Below are positions 44,623-55,338 of a DNA stretch of 64,000 bases, in pieces. This DNA is from Thraustochytrium aureum (lineage: Eukaryota), in NCBI GenBank assembly GCA_012862495.1, contig BLSG01000154.1, positions 16,261 through 80,260 of the forward strand, in the 5' to 3' direction. The translations under genes were made by a program, and so were the position numbers. The notes below the pieces were generated by a model. It was not told where the DNA came from, did no database searches, and saw only the letters and a list, made by a program, of their open reading frames with translations. How positions within the stretch are numbered: position 1 is the first letter of the stretch; each line of letters starts with the position of its first letter.

Positions 44623-45569
44623 CTACGCAACAACATCTAGGAAGCCGCCAACCCGCTTAAAAAACGTCTTGGTGTCCTGGACCTCGAGGTTGTTGTGCCC
44701 AGCGTCCTTGACCCAGTACGGCGTAAACCTGCAGGTGCGACGCATTGGCCGTCAGTGGAGGTGTCAGACAACTCGCGGACCGGCCGCTCTTTGCACTCGT
44801 ACCCGCCGCTCTCCAAACTGTGCTATGCGACGGGAGAAGGGGGGGGGGAGCGGAGGCAACGTACCGAAACTGCTTCTTCACCGCGAGATAGAGCTCCTGG
44901 CCGTGCCAAAAACGGGACGATTTCGTCCAGCGTACCGTGCATGATAAAGACCGGGCATTTGATGTCGCCGACGAGGTCGATGTTGCAAAACATGTCGCCG
45001 AACAGCGAGTAGCGAAAGTTGAACGCAACACGGTACGCCGACATGAGCGGGCTCTGCAAGATCACGCCCGCCACCGGCTCACCTGCACCGCGTTCGTCAG
45101 CGCCTCCGCCCGGCCGCGCCCTAGCATTTCAAAGACGGGACTCACCTTTATCCGACTGCCGCTTCGCCAAGTAGCAGCTTGGGCCAGAGCCAAGGCTGCG
45201 GCCCCAGAGGATCACCCTCTCTGGCTTGATGCCCCGGATCACCGTCAGGTAGTTGAACGCCGCGTCAATGTCCGCAAAGCAGTCCTCCTCGCTCGGCGTG
45301 CCTTTGTTGATCCCGTACCCGGTGTAGTCGTACGACATGACGTTCATGCGCAAGATGCGGCCCACCTCGCGAAACCAGCCCCACACCAAGCCAATGTCCT
45401 CGGCATTCCCGTGGCTGAACAGGATCGTGTGCGTCTCGCCCATGTCGTGGAAGAACGCGCCAATGTTTTGCCCGCGCTTCGTGTACAGCTGAAAGTACTT
45501 GTCCTCCTCGTCCGCCTCGTACGAGCTCTTGGGCGGCTGGAAAAGCAGCAGCGAGATGGACGACCCCAT
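44623..45569 (-). CDS. ABHD17: ABHD17-type alpha/beta hydrolase (depalmitoylase); introns 45083-45145 and 44729-44864; 1-nt frameshift ~44908
   Basis: FQPP, FSHGNAEDIG, YDYTGYG, GRSLGSGP, HGTLDEIVP and AGHNNLE motifs. Both introns are GT-AG and restore the frame. Confidence 0.9.
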
Positions 45570-46124
45570 CTCGCACCCGCCCTGCCCCGTGCCTCCTCCT
45601 CGCGGCCGCGCTCGTGCCAGCCTGCGTGTGCGCGCTCTCGGAGACGACTGCCCGTCCCTGAGGGATCGCGGGATGACGGTATGGATGGAGGACGGAGAGA
45701 AGGACGGAGGACGATGCCTGTTCCTCGATGGAATGGCCCCCGCCCTCGCCGCCCCAAGCGCGCCCCCGAGCGCCGCTGCGCAGGAGAGAACGCGCGAGCA
45801 AGCCCAGGCTGCTGCAAGCCCTGGTCGCGCCGGCGCGGAGTGGGTGGAGAGGATGCTCTTGCGCGGGGACGGATTGGCGTTAACGGCGTTGCTTTTTTTT
45901 GGCATTCAGCTGTTTTTTGAGTGACGTTCACATGAATGGCGGTCGCCCGGGCACAAAGCTCGCCACCACGGAGCGGTAGCGCTCTGCGCGGCCTGGGCGA
46001 GCATGGCCTGGGCCTCTTGGTGGCCTATTGACTTGTGAGGATTGGCCTTGCAGCGCCGCCGGGGCCAGCGGAGCACCTGCGGCGAGCCACGCCCTCCTTG
46101 CCCCCGCGCGTACGCGGCGGCGCT

Positions 46125-47156
46125 CTAGCCCTCGAGAACCTCGGCGCAGAGCTTCTCGGAGAGGTCCCAGAACTGCTTGGCAACGTCGGCGTTCAGGGCC
46201 TGCGAGGAGGGCGTCAAGGTGCGGTGGATCGGTATGGTGTACTCGCCGTGGCCCGTGGGCCTGACCGCGGCCCCGACAAGAGTCAGCGCCGCTTCGTCGC
46301 TTGTCCAGAACATGTAGCCCTGCACAGCGTGGAGGATCTTGAAGGCCAAGTTGGCGAACGAATCCAGCTCCTTGCCGTTCTGAAAGATGCTGTCCAGAAA
46401 ATTTGTCTGCACGCCACCAGGGTGCGCAGCCGTCGCTACAACACCCTTGCTGTAGTACCGCGCATCCAGCTCGCGAGCGAACAGCACGTTAGCGAGCTTG
46501 GCCATCCCGTAGTGCGTCAGCGAGTCGAAGCTGGCTTTGTCGTTGACCTGATCCTTGCTCATCGGCACGCCCTCGGGCGTCGGCAGCGCCGTAAAGTGCA
46601 CCGACGACGTGACCGCAACCACGGTGGCCTTGGCCTTTACTACGAGATCCTCCAAGTCCTTGAAGAGAAGGAAGTGGCCGAGATGGTTGGCCACAAAGCT
46701 GGTCTCAAGCCCCTCCTCGGTCATTGAGAACGAGTTGGGCATGTAACCCGCATTGAAGACGAGGCTCGCGAGCTTGCCGGAGGCCACTGCCGGGTCCTGC
46801 CTCACCGCCTTCGCAAATGCGCGGCAGNNNNNNNNNNNNNNNNNNNNNNNNNNNNNNNNNNNNNNNNNNNNNNNNNNNNNNNNNNNNNNNNNNNNNNNNN
46901 NNNNNNNNNNNNNNNNNNNNNNNNNNNNNNNNNNNNNNNNNNNNNNNNNNNNNNNNNNNNNNNNGTCCGATGGCCGAAAATGTTGAGTTGAAAATCCCCC
47001 GATCCACGCCGGCACAAGCCTCTCGCGCCCGGTAAGAACCGCTGCGGCTGCGCTGATGGTCCTGCTGCCGCCGCCCCGCCTGCCGCCGCGCCTGTCGCCG
47101 CCGCGTCCTGGCCGGTTGGAGGAATCGAGCACTGTTTGGGCGTTTGCTGACTCCAT
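46125..47156 (-). CDS. retinol-dehydrogenase/WWOX-like SDR (gap 46828-46964; start uncertain)
   Basis: FNAG, NHLGHF, YGMAKLAN and HPGGVQT motifs. Confidence 0.85.
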   Translation of the reverse strand: MESANAQTVLDSSNRPGRGGDRRGGRRGGGSRTISAAAAVLTGRERLVPAWIGGFSTQHFRPSDXXXXXXXXXXXXXXXXXXXXXXXXXXXXXXXXXXXXXXXXXXXXXXCRAFAKAVRQDPAVASGKLASLVFNAGYMPNSFSMTEEGLETSFVANHLGHFLLFKDLEDLVVKAKATVVAVTSSVHFTALPTPEGVPMSKDQVNDKASFDSLTHYGMAKLANVLFARELDARYYSKGVVATAAHPGGVQTNFLDSIFQNGKELDSFANLAFKILHAVQGYMFWTSDEAALTLVGAAVRPTGHGEYTIPIHRTLTPSSQALNADVAKQFWDLSEKLCAEVLEG

Positions 47157-48002
47157 CTTGCTGCCGTCGGGGTCTCGTGCGAACGGCCCGAGAGAGCCGC
47201 TCGCGCCTGTCGGGCCTCGAGGGATTCGCTTTCTTGAGCCGCGCCCCGGGCGCTGGCGATCTTGTCGAGCCGCGGCCTGGCTGTTTGGCTGGACTTGGCG
47301 GACAGGGCGAGAAGGTAAACGGGAGCAACAAGTGCCTCGCAAAGCTCCTCGCCATGAACCGCGAACGCAGGTGATCGCACAAGCAAGCTAGCACGCTTCA
47401 AGTCCGTGCGCGAGTCGCACCGTCTCCGCGAGACCAACCAGCGTGCAGCATCGAACTCAAATTCCAGGGTGGGCGTAGCTCGGAGCGCGTCGCTGCGCGT
47501 CGCTGCGCCCTTCGGCCCGCTCCTTCGCGCATGCGCTAATGCGTTCATCAACATGCGAAGCTCCTTGACGGAGCGCGTCCGCAACGGCCTGCGCGAGTCC
47601 CAACGCCGACTCGAGGTTCAATCGCTTTGTACGAACAGGCAAGTCATCGATTGTTTCCGTCGGCCCATGCACCGCCGGCAAGCCTCGAGGCCCCGTCCAT
47701 CGGTCATCAGGTTGGGCGATGGCGACGGCCTCGCTGCAGCGCCGGCAGCCGGTTTGGCGCGAGGCGTGTCCATCGAGCTCGAGAGAGCGCGAGCCATCTT
47801 GACCTCCAGCAAGGCAAAACGAGATGGACAGCGCGATCTCCAAATGGTGAGCGATGAGGCACTGCCCAACCCTCCAAAGGCAGCGCCACCAGGGGCGTGC
47901 ATAACGCTGCGCCACTGAGGCTGTACACTGGGAGTCCAGGTGCCTGGAGCGCGTCGAGGCGAATGGAAGGCAGACCAAGCACATCATTTTTTAACACGCA
48001 GT

Positions 48003-48213
48003 CAACCTCTGCCCAACGACGGCCTCACGAGGCTGGCACGACCGGTCCGTGACAAACTCGTCGGCGCCACTGAGACTGCACGCTGCAGAGGACCCAGTCC
48101 AGTTGTGCGGAGCGTCAAGGCGGATGGAATTTACATCATCCCGGGTGACCTGAGACAACCTCTGCCCAACGACGGCCTCACGAGGCTGGCACGACCCGTC
48201 CGAGACAAACTCA
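48003..48213. repeat. ~57-bp direct repeat pair
   Basis: CAACCTCTGCCCAACGACGGCCTCACGAGGCTGGCACGACC...GACAAACTC at ~48003 and ~48157. Confidence 0.85.
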
Positions 48214-48790
48214 TCAACGACCACTTGTTCGTCCAAGTATACTCCAGTAGCTCTTGAGTTTGCGTGGCCCATGCAACGTGGAGTACTCGAGTACCGGTAC
48301 GTCCCCGCGTCGCATGCGAAGGACGCCACAGGCCGGCGATCNNNNNNNNNNNNNNNNNNNNNNNNNNNNNNNNNNNNNNNNNNNNNNNNNNNNNNNNNNN
48401 NNNNNNNNNNNNNNNNNNNNNNNNNNNNNNNNNNNNNNNNNNNNNNNNNNNNNNNNNNNNNNNNNNNNNNNNNNNNNNNNNNNNNNNNNNNNNNNNNNNN
48501 NNNNNNNNNNNNNNNNNNNNNNNNNNNNNNNNNNNNNNNNNNNNNNNNNNNNNNNNNNNNNNNNNNNNNNNNNNNNNNNNNNNNNNNNNNNNNNNNNNNN
48601 NNNNNNNNNNNNNNNNNNNNNNNNNNNNNNNNNNNNNNNNNNNNNNNNNNNNNNNNNNNNNNNNNNNNNNNNNNNNNNNNNNNNNNNNNNNNNNNNNNNN
48701 NNNNNNNNNNNNNNNNNNNNNNNNNNNNNNCTCAATACTCCGCTGCCGAGGAGCAGACCGGCATCGAGGACGGGCGCCCGGGCTCGCGGG

Positions 48791-48822
<32 letters not shown>

Positions 48823-49061
48823 TTGGCCAGCGACGCGCCACTCGCGTCTCAGCCCTTGCTGTTGGCCGCCCTCAGCTGGTCGGGTTGCCATTTGGCGGCG
48901 CGCGGGCTGGCCGGCGCGCGCCAGAAATCTGCCAGCCCCCGTGCCTGCCCGAGCTGCTTCGGCTGCGGCTTGGTCTGCCCGCCCTGGTCAGTGGCCTGGC
49001 TGGGGCTGGGGTGGCTCGTTGTCTTGCTCTGTAAGGCCGGGCGGCGCAGTTGCTCGTGACG

Positions 49062-51569
49062 ATGGGCGAGAATGTGGGGCAGGAGGAGAACATCAAGGTC
49101 TGCGTCAGGTTTAGGCCAGTCAACTCGCGCGAGCTGCGGATCGGAGTGAGCGACAGCCAGTCGAGCGCAAACTCTCGCGCCGCGGCTCGGGCTGCTGCCG
49201 CAACTGCCGCAGCCGCTGCGGCAGGCGTGGAGGACGACGGCGCAGGGCTCGTCCCGTGGTCCTGGGAAAGGAACACCGTCCATGCCCTCTTTCCCATCAC
49301 ACGCGGCGAGCGGTCCCGACAACGCGCAGCAGAACGTTATGGCGAGACCGTAGCTGGGCCTGGAACTGGCCACCTTGAGCCGAGCGAGTTCCTGTTTGAC
49401 CGCGTGTTTGGCCCCGACGAAACCACCGAGGACCTGTACGACGAGATTATGCAAGACCTCGTGCAGAGCGCGATGGAGGGCAAGCACTGCTCTGCATTCG
49501 CCTTCGGTCAGACAAGCACAGGCAAGACGTACACAATGCAAGGCACGAGCGAGTACCCCGGGGTGATCCCGCGCGCCGTTCACGACGTCTTCGGATATGT
49601 GAACCGCGCGAGCGACCGCGAATTTCTGCTGCGCGTCTCGTACCTCGAGGTGTACAACGAGAGCATCAACGACTTGTTTGAGCCACTCTCGACTAACCTC
49701 AAGGTCTTCGAGGACCCTCGCCGCGGACCGCAAGTCCAGGGCCTGGAGGAGAAGATTGTCGTTACCCCAGAGCAGGTATTCGCCCTCATCTCTGCCGGGG
49801 AGGCGCAACGACACATCGGGAGCACCGACTACAACAAGCAGAGCTCGCGCTCGCACACCATCTTCCGTCTGGTGATCGAGTCTCGCCAGAAGCGCAAGGC
49901 CGGCGAGCAGGACGACGACGACGAGGAGGAGGAGGACGATGCGCAGCCGCCGGGGGGGTTGAGAGCGAAGGCCCAGGGCACGGGCGGCGCCAAGGCAGCT
50001 GCGCCAAAACGTGCACGGTCCCGTCCCGCTCGAGTCGCGATGCTAAATCTGGTCGACCTCGCTGGGAGCGAGTCGGCGAGCGCTGTGCAAACGCGGGAGC
50101 GCCGGCAGGAAGGCTCGCACATCAACAAGAGCCTGCTGACGCTGACTCATATCATCTACAAACTCTCCGAGCTGGCGCTCAAGAAGGACGGCTCGAGCGT
50201 GGCAGCCACGAGCCACATCCCTTACCGGGACTCCAAGTTGACGCGGATCCTGCAAAAGTCGCTTCAGGGCAACTCGCGCATCTCAATCGTCTGCACGGCG
50301 ACACCTTGGGTGGGCGCCACGGAGGAGACGCTCAACACGCTGCGGTTCGCTACGCGCGCCAAAAAGGTGCGCCGGGCAGTGCACGTCAACGAGGTCCTGG
50401 ACGAGCGCGCCCTCCTCCTCAAGTACAAGCAGGAGATCGCGGTGCTGCGTCGCAAGCTGGCCGAGGCCGAGCGCAAGAGCAAGGTCGTCGCGGTCGAGGC
50501 TGCTCCAGCGCCGCCCAGCTCGCCTGCAGACTCGCGCCTCCGCGCCCAGATAGACGAGGCTATCCGCAACTTGAACCGCGTGATTCTCAACTCGACGCTG
50601 CAGGCCGAGCCGGCCACGACGGACATCAAAGGCGCCGCTGCTCGCCGCGGGAGCTTGGGGAGCGACTCCTCGCTGCTGCCCTCGCCCCCGAGCACGCCCC
50701 CGCGCCAAAAGGCGGGCTCCATGGACGCAAGCACGCCATTCTTTCGCAAGCTCCTTTCCATGGACCACGACCTGGACCGGTTTGACCACAAGCTCGGCGC
50801 TCGCCTCGAGCGGTCGAGGTCGTACTCGGCGGTGGTGCCTGCGCCAAGCGAGCTCGCGGCGGGGCGCGGCTCCCCGGCCCCGATGTCCCGCACGCGCTCG
50901 ATGNNNNNNNNNNNNNNNNNNNNNNNNNNNNNNNNNNNNNNNNNNNNNNNNNNNNNNNNNNNNNNNNNNNNNNNNNNNNNNNNNNNNNNNNNNNNNNNNN
51001 NNNNNNNNNNNNNNNNNNNNNNNNNNNNNNNNNNNNNNNNNNNNNNNNNNNNNNNNNNNNNNNNNNNNNNNNNNNNNNNNNGTTTGGCGCAGGTGACTGC
51101 GCCGGCAACAGCCTCAGCGACGACTGGCCCTGCGGGCGGCGTGCGTACTTCGATCACGTCGGAGCTGCGGTCTATCCGCGCGCAGCTGGCGACGCTCCTT
51201 TCGCACGAAGGGCCGCCGCCACAAGTGATCGACGGGCCAGGCCAGGCGGCGGGGCCGATTGAGGGCTTGGCTCAGGGGTCGACCATGTCTAGCGACGCGA
51301 TGGCCGCCTATGTGCGCGTACTCGAACAGCGCGTGGAGCAGCTCGAGCATCAGGTGGCCAAGTACGACCTCGAGCAGAGCGTGTCCCGCGCAGATAGGTC
51401 ATTTCTGGAAAACCTGCTGTCCGAAAAGGACAAGACCATTCGCGAGTGGAGCGACGTCATCGAGGAGATCGAGCTCAAGCAGCAAGAGCTCGAGGACGAA
51501 AATGAGCGCCTGCGCGAGCGATTGCGCCTCTATGAGGCCGGTGGGGACGGGCCCGCTGTGCATCCTTGA
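49062..51569 (+). CDS. kinesin-7 (CENP-E-like) motor protein (gap 50904-51081)
   Basis: IKVCVRFRP, FGQTSTGKTYTM, SYLEVYNE, SSRSH, LVDLAGSE, HIPYRDSKLTRIL, plus C-terminal coiled coils. Confidence 0.93.
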   Translation: MGENVGQEENIKVCVRFRPVNSRELRIGVSDSQSSANSRAAARAAAATAAAAAAGVEDDGAGLVPWSWERNTVHALFPITRGERSRQRAAERYGETVAGPGTGHLEPSEFLFDRVFGPDETTEDLYDEIMQDLVQSAMEGKHCSAFAFGQTSTGKTYTMQGTSEYPGVIPRAVHDVFGYVNRASDREFLLRVSYLEVYNESINDLFEPLSTNLKVFEDPRRGPQVQGLEEKIVVTPEQVFALISAGEAQRHIGSTDYNKQSSRSHTIFRLVIESRQKRKAGEQDDDDEEEEDDAQPPGGLRAKAQGTGGAKAAAPKRARSRPARVAMLNLVDLAGSESASAVQTRERRQEGSHINKSLLTLTHIIYKLSELALKKDGSSVAATSHIPYRDSKLTRILQKSLQGNSRISIVCTATPWVGATEETLNTLRFATRAKKVRRAVHVNEVLDERALLLKYKQEIAVLRRKLAEAERKSKVVAVEAAPAPPSSPADSRLRAQIDEAIRNLNRVILNSTLQAEPATTDIKGAAARRGSLGSDSSLLPSPPSTPPRQKAGSMDASTPFFRKLLSMDHDLDRFDHKLGARLERSRSYSAVVPAPSELAAGRGSPAPMSRTRSMXXXXXXXXXXXXXXXXXXXXXXXXXXXXXXXXXXXXXXXXXXXXXXXXXXXXXXXXXXXXLAQVTAPATASATTGPAGGVRTSITSELRSIRAQLATLLSHEGPPPQVIDGPGQAAGPIEGLAQGSTMSSDAMAAYVRVLEQRVEQLEHQVAKYDLEQSVSRADRSFLENLLSEKDKTIREWSDVIEEIELKQQELEDENERLRERLRLYEAGGDGPAVHP

Positions 51570-51793
51570 GCAAGTCGTTTCGCCGCCGCGCCAGCCAAAA
51601 CCTATTGATCTTGGTCAAAAGTAGTCAAAATAGGTTGTTTTCTTTAGGAAAAGAAGAAGATAGCCTGCCTCCAGCTAGAGCTGCCTGTCACGGCGGAGCG
51701 ACAGGGTGAGGCGCTTCTCTCACATGCTTGGAAGCTCGGCAATGCGCTGCATCCCGGTAGTCGATTTGCAGAAAGCCCGCAGCGCGCGCTTGG

Positions 51794-52771
51794 TCACCAC
51801 ATCGAGTCGGCGTGCGAAACAAAGCGGCTAGGCAGGTCGCTCGAGAGCAAGATGGTCGGGTCCTGGTTGAGCTCCTCAACGAAACCAAACCAGTAGATGA
51901 CCATCCCCGGCCCGAACCGGTTCACGTACCCCTCGAGCTGCTGCAAGTTGCCCGCGTGCGACGCGGGGTCGCCAAACATGGCCTTGCTGTCGATCCAGTT
52001 GACGACCCGCGCTTGCCCGCCAGGGCCCTCGACTCCGATGGGGACGTTGAGCTTGACGTCGGGGGTTTTGGCCATCCCCAGCGTTCTCAGGTCGTCTTCC
52101 GTCTGGAAGCTGATCCCAAGCGTTGTCAGACGCCGTTCGAGAACGTACTCAAACTCCTCGCCCGAGGCCCCGCGAGCGCGGTCAAAGTACGGCGAAAAAC
52201 AGGGGTCGCACTCGATGCACGCCATCACCTCGTTCCTGAGGCGAACGTCCGGGATCGCGGCCGGGCGCCGCATGAGCTGCGCAAACTCCTTTTTGCTGTA
52301 CGTGTGGCCCATGCGGCCCAGAACGGCCTCAGCCACCATGCGCGCCAGCATGTACGGCGAGAACTTTTCCCCAAGCGCCAGGTCTGCCACGCTCCGCCCC
52401 AGGTCAAACTCTCGCACAAAGTGCCCCACGCGGGCCCTGCACGTCGCGGCTCCGCGTTTCACGGCCTCCTGCACCTCCTGCGCGAAGACGGCGAGCACGG
52501 CGTCCCAGCTCAGGCCGAGTCTCTCCATCGTCCCCGCATCAAACATCTCGCACAGCTCTCGCGACATGGCCCTGGGCTGCCCCACTCCGCCGCGCCCGCT
52601 CCTCGAGTGCCCGAACCCGAGCGCGTCCAGACGGCGCTCGTCCAGACGGCGCTCGTCCGGATCGCCGACGCCATTCACGCCAGCATCCAGCCGCGCAAGA
52701 GCCGCGGATGCGCCGGCATCGATGGCTGCCCGGCACCGCGCCAGCACGAAGTCGTACGTCGCGAGGCGCAT
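51794..52771 (-). CDS. CDIN1: CDAN1-interacting nuclease 1 (C15orf41) homologue
   Basis: FQTEDDLR, KTPDVKL, NWIDSKAMFGD and YVNRFGPGMVIYWFGF (PD-(D/E)xK type). Confidence 0.9.
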   Translation of the reverse strand: MRLATYDFVLARCRAAIDAGASAALARLDAGVNGVGDPDERRLDERRLDALGFGHSRSGRGGVGQPRAMSRELCEMFDAGTMERLGLSWDAVLAVFAQEVQEAVKRGAATCRARVGHFVREFDLGRSVADLALGEKFSPYMLARMVAEAVLGRMGHTYSKKEFAQLMRRPAAIPDVRLRNEVMACIECDPCFSPYFDRARGASGEEFEYVLERRLTTLGISFQTEDDLRTLGMAKTPDVKLNVPIGVEGPGGQARVVNWIDSKAMFGDPASHAGNLQQLEGYVNRFGPGMVIYWFGFVEELNQDPTILLSSDLPSRFVSHADSMW

Positions 52772-53445
52772 GTCCCGCGCGAGCGTGCCAGACCCCTAAC
52801 GCAAACGTGCGCGCAGTAGCACCTGCGAACCACATTGGCCATCATCTGGTGTTGCAAGGAACAGAGCGAAGCTCGTGAACAGAGCGAACATAGATTTTGG
52901 GTCGTGACTCGTGACTCGTGACGTGACGAGACATGGGGTCGGCAGCGGCTCCTTGGTTGCCCGCGATCTCCTGCTTGCAGACGCACTTGGTCAAGTGGCT
53001 GCCAGACGCCGCGCTGGGGATCTGACGCTGCATCACCCGCGGTCTCGTGCGCTCCGTTCGGCAGGTTCCATCGCCCTGAGAGACAGTGCCGNNNNNNNNN
53101 NNNNNNNNNNNNNNNNNNNNNNNNNNNNNNNNNNNNNNNNNNNNNNNNNNNNNNNNNNNNNNNNNNNNNNNNNNNNNNNNNNNNNNNNNNNNNNNNNNNN
53201 NNNNNNNNNNNNNNNNNNNNNNNNNNNNNNNNNNNNNNNNNNNNNNNNNNNNNNNNNNNNNNNNNNNNNNNNNNNNNNNNNNNNNNNNNNNNNNNNNNNN
53301 NNNNNNNNNNNNNNNNNNNNNNNNNNNNNNNNNNNNNNNNNNNNNNNNNNNNNNNNNNNNNNNNNNNNNNNNNNNNNNNNNNNNNNNNNNNNNNNNNNNN
53401 NNNNNNNNCGCTCGAAGGGCGACGTTTTCTTTCTTTTCTTTGACC

Positions 53446-55060
53446 ATGGCGTCCCCTGACATGGCACAGCTGCTTGAGGCGATCACCAAGCTGCAGGCCA
53501 TCGTCGCCTCCATCCCTGGGGTTGCATCCGCGCCCCTGTCCCAGGCCGCCCCGCCGCCTCCTTCCGCGTCAGCGACACCTGCTCAAGCCCCGGCTGTGCC
53601 CGCATCTGTCCTCCAGGACATTCAGACGATCCAGAAACTTTCCTTAGCTGTGGACTTACGGAAACACCCTGCCTGGTCTCCTCCCCCGGTCACATCTGGC
53701 CTCGGTAACCCTGTCCAAGCCCGTCGGGTCAACCGCTTCTTCGACAAGATCTTCTCCCACCTTCCGGATCCTTCCAGTCGCTGCTATGGCCTTCACCCTA
53801 CCCGCGCTGGCCCTCAGCACCTGACAGACCTTCTCTTGGCCGGCTTCACTTCTCTGGCTGACGCTTTCACCAAGTCACAAGAACCCGGTTTTCAAATGGT
53901 GGATTACCGTCGTGTCCTCGCTCTCCGTCGGCAGTATTCGGCGACAATTAAAAACGGTCCCCAACCTGTTTCTGAGGCCTCAGACGCGGAGCCTGATCCA
54001 GACTTGGGCGCTGCTGCAGCTGCGAACCCATCTGCCCCTGCTGCTCCCGATTCATCCGTCCCTGGTGACCCGTTCGACAACACCAGCATCGTACCAACGT
54101 CCCCTCCCGTGTCGGTTTCTTCGTCCTCCCCCGACACTCTGGCTCGCGACCTCCTCGAGTCTACTGCACGGGCGCCCAAGCGTCGCCGAACCTCCGACTC
54201 CGGAGGTTTCACATCCACGATTTCGGCGCTTCAACCCACGTCGCGCGTCGACCGCTCGCCGCCGGACGCGCTAGTCCCGGCTGTCACTCGATCCGCCCTG
54301 TGGGGCGTTTCTATAGGTACGTGGTCACCTGAACTGGGTTTTGCTTGTTACCGCGCGCCGCCCCCGCAGTCTCTCGTAAGCCTGTCCAACCAGTTCAGTG
54401 GCCCGGCATGGCTCGCCACCCTCGCCTTCGATTTTGCAGGCCCGGACGGCCCTCTCAACACTGCGGGCCTTAGCAAGAGAGGCGTTCCCCTCGCCTTTAT
54501 GTGCGATTTCGTCACCGAAGGGGTTCTCGCCCTCGCCGCAGCCTACTCCATGATCGCCCCGGAATACCACCACTTCCGAGACAGGGTCTTTGCAGCCCTG
54601 GTCCGGACGGAAGCGCTTTTGCCCCGCCTCCGCCTCTTGCCTCAAACAACAGAATGCCTAAGCGCTCTCGTCGACCTGGCCGTCCTTGGTATGGCGGGCG
54701 TTTGCACGTCGGCTTCCAGTTTCGTTACAGTATCCTTCCACGAAAAACTGGCTACAAACCTGGACGGCTGGGTCGCCGAACTAGAGGCTTTCACCCTTCT
54801 CTGGTCCGCACGTCGCTCGGCCCTTCCCCGCGGTCTGCCCTCCGTCAACACGAACCCGCAGATACCGGCGGCCTTTGGCCTCCCCGCGAGCGGACGGCAC
54901 TCCCGCTCCCATCGCTCAACGGGTCAGGGCCAAGGCCAAGGCCCTCCGCGACGACCCGATCGTCGTCGCTCTCGTCGCCAGAAGCGAAGCCAACCCCCCC
55001 ACCCGAATGAGAGGCGCGCAGACAGCTCATCCGCCGGTCCGCCATCCTCTCGGAGGACTT
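53446..55060 (+). mobile_element. putative truncated retroelement gag/ORF1-like sequence (ORF reads on to 55227)
   Basis: Pyrimidine-rich with many T-ending codons, unlike neighbouring genes. Pro/Ser/Ala-rich with a basic C-terminal tail, and flanked 5' by an assembly gap. No pol motifs seen. Confidence 0.45.
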
Positions 55061-55338
55061 TGTTTTCTGTCGTCGTGACTTGGGCGGAGTTCGAGGAGGC
55101 TCGAGCAGCGGCACATGCACATCTTGACGACGATGGTGGCGCAGGTTGCAGGATGAGGCGGACGTCGCGAGGAAGATGGGCTGCCAGGCCCCTAGCGCAA
55201 GCGTGCACGCAGTCGCATTTGCGTTGACCATCAAGTGCAAAACAGGAGATCTCAAAGAAGAGTAGTACATCATGATTGTGTCACTTCGAGCTAGCTGATC
55301 ATCTCGACGGCGACCGAGGCGGCGGCATTCCTGGGCGG

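Noticed and set aside
50053..50075. Kinesin switch II reads DLAGSES rather than DLAGSER
   Set aside because: This variant occurs in known kinesin-7 members and is not evidence of inactivity.
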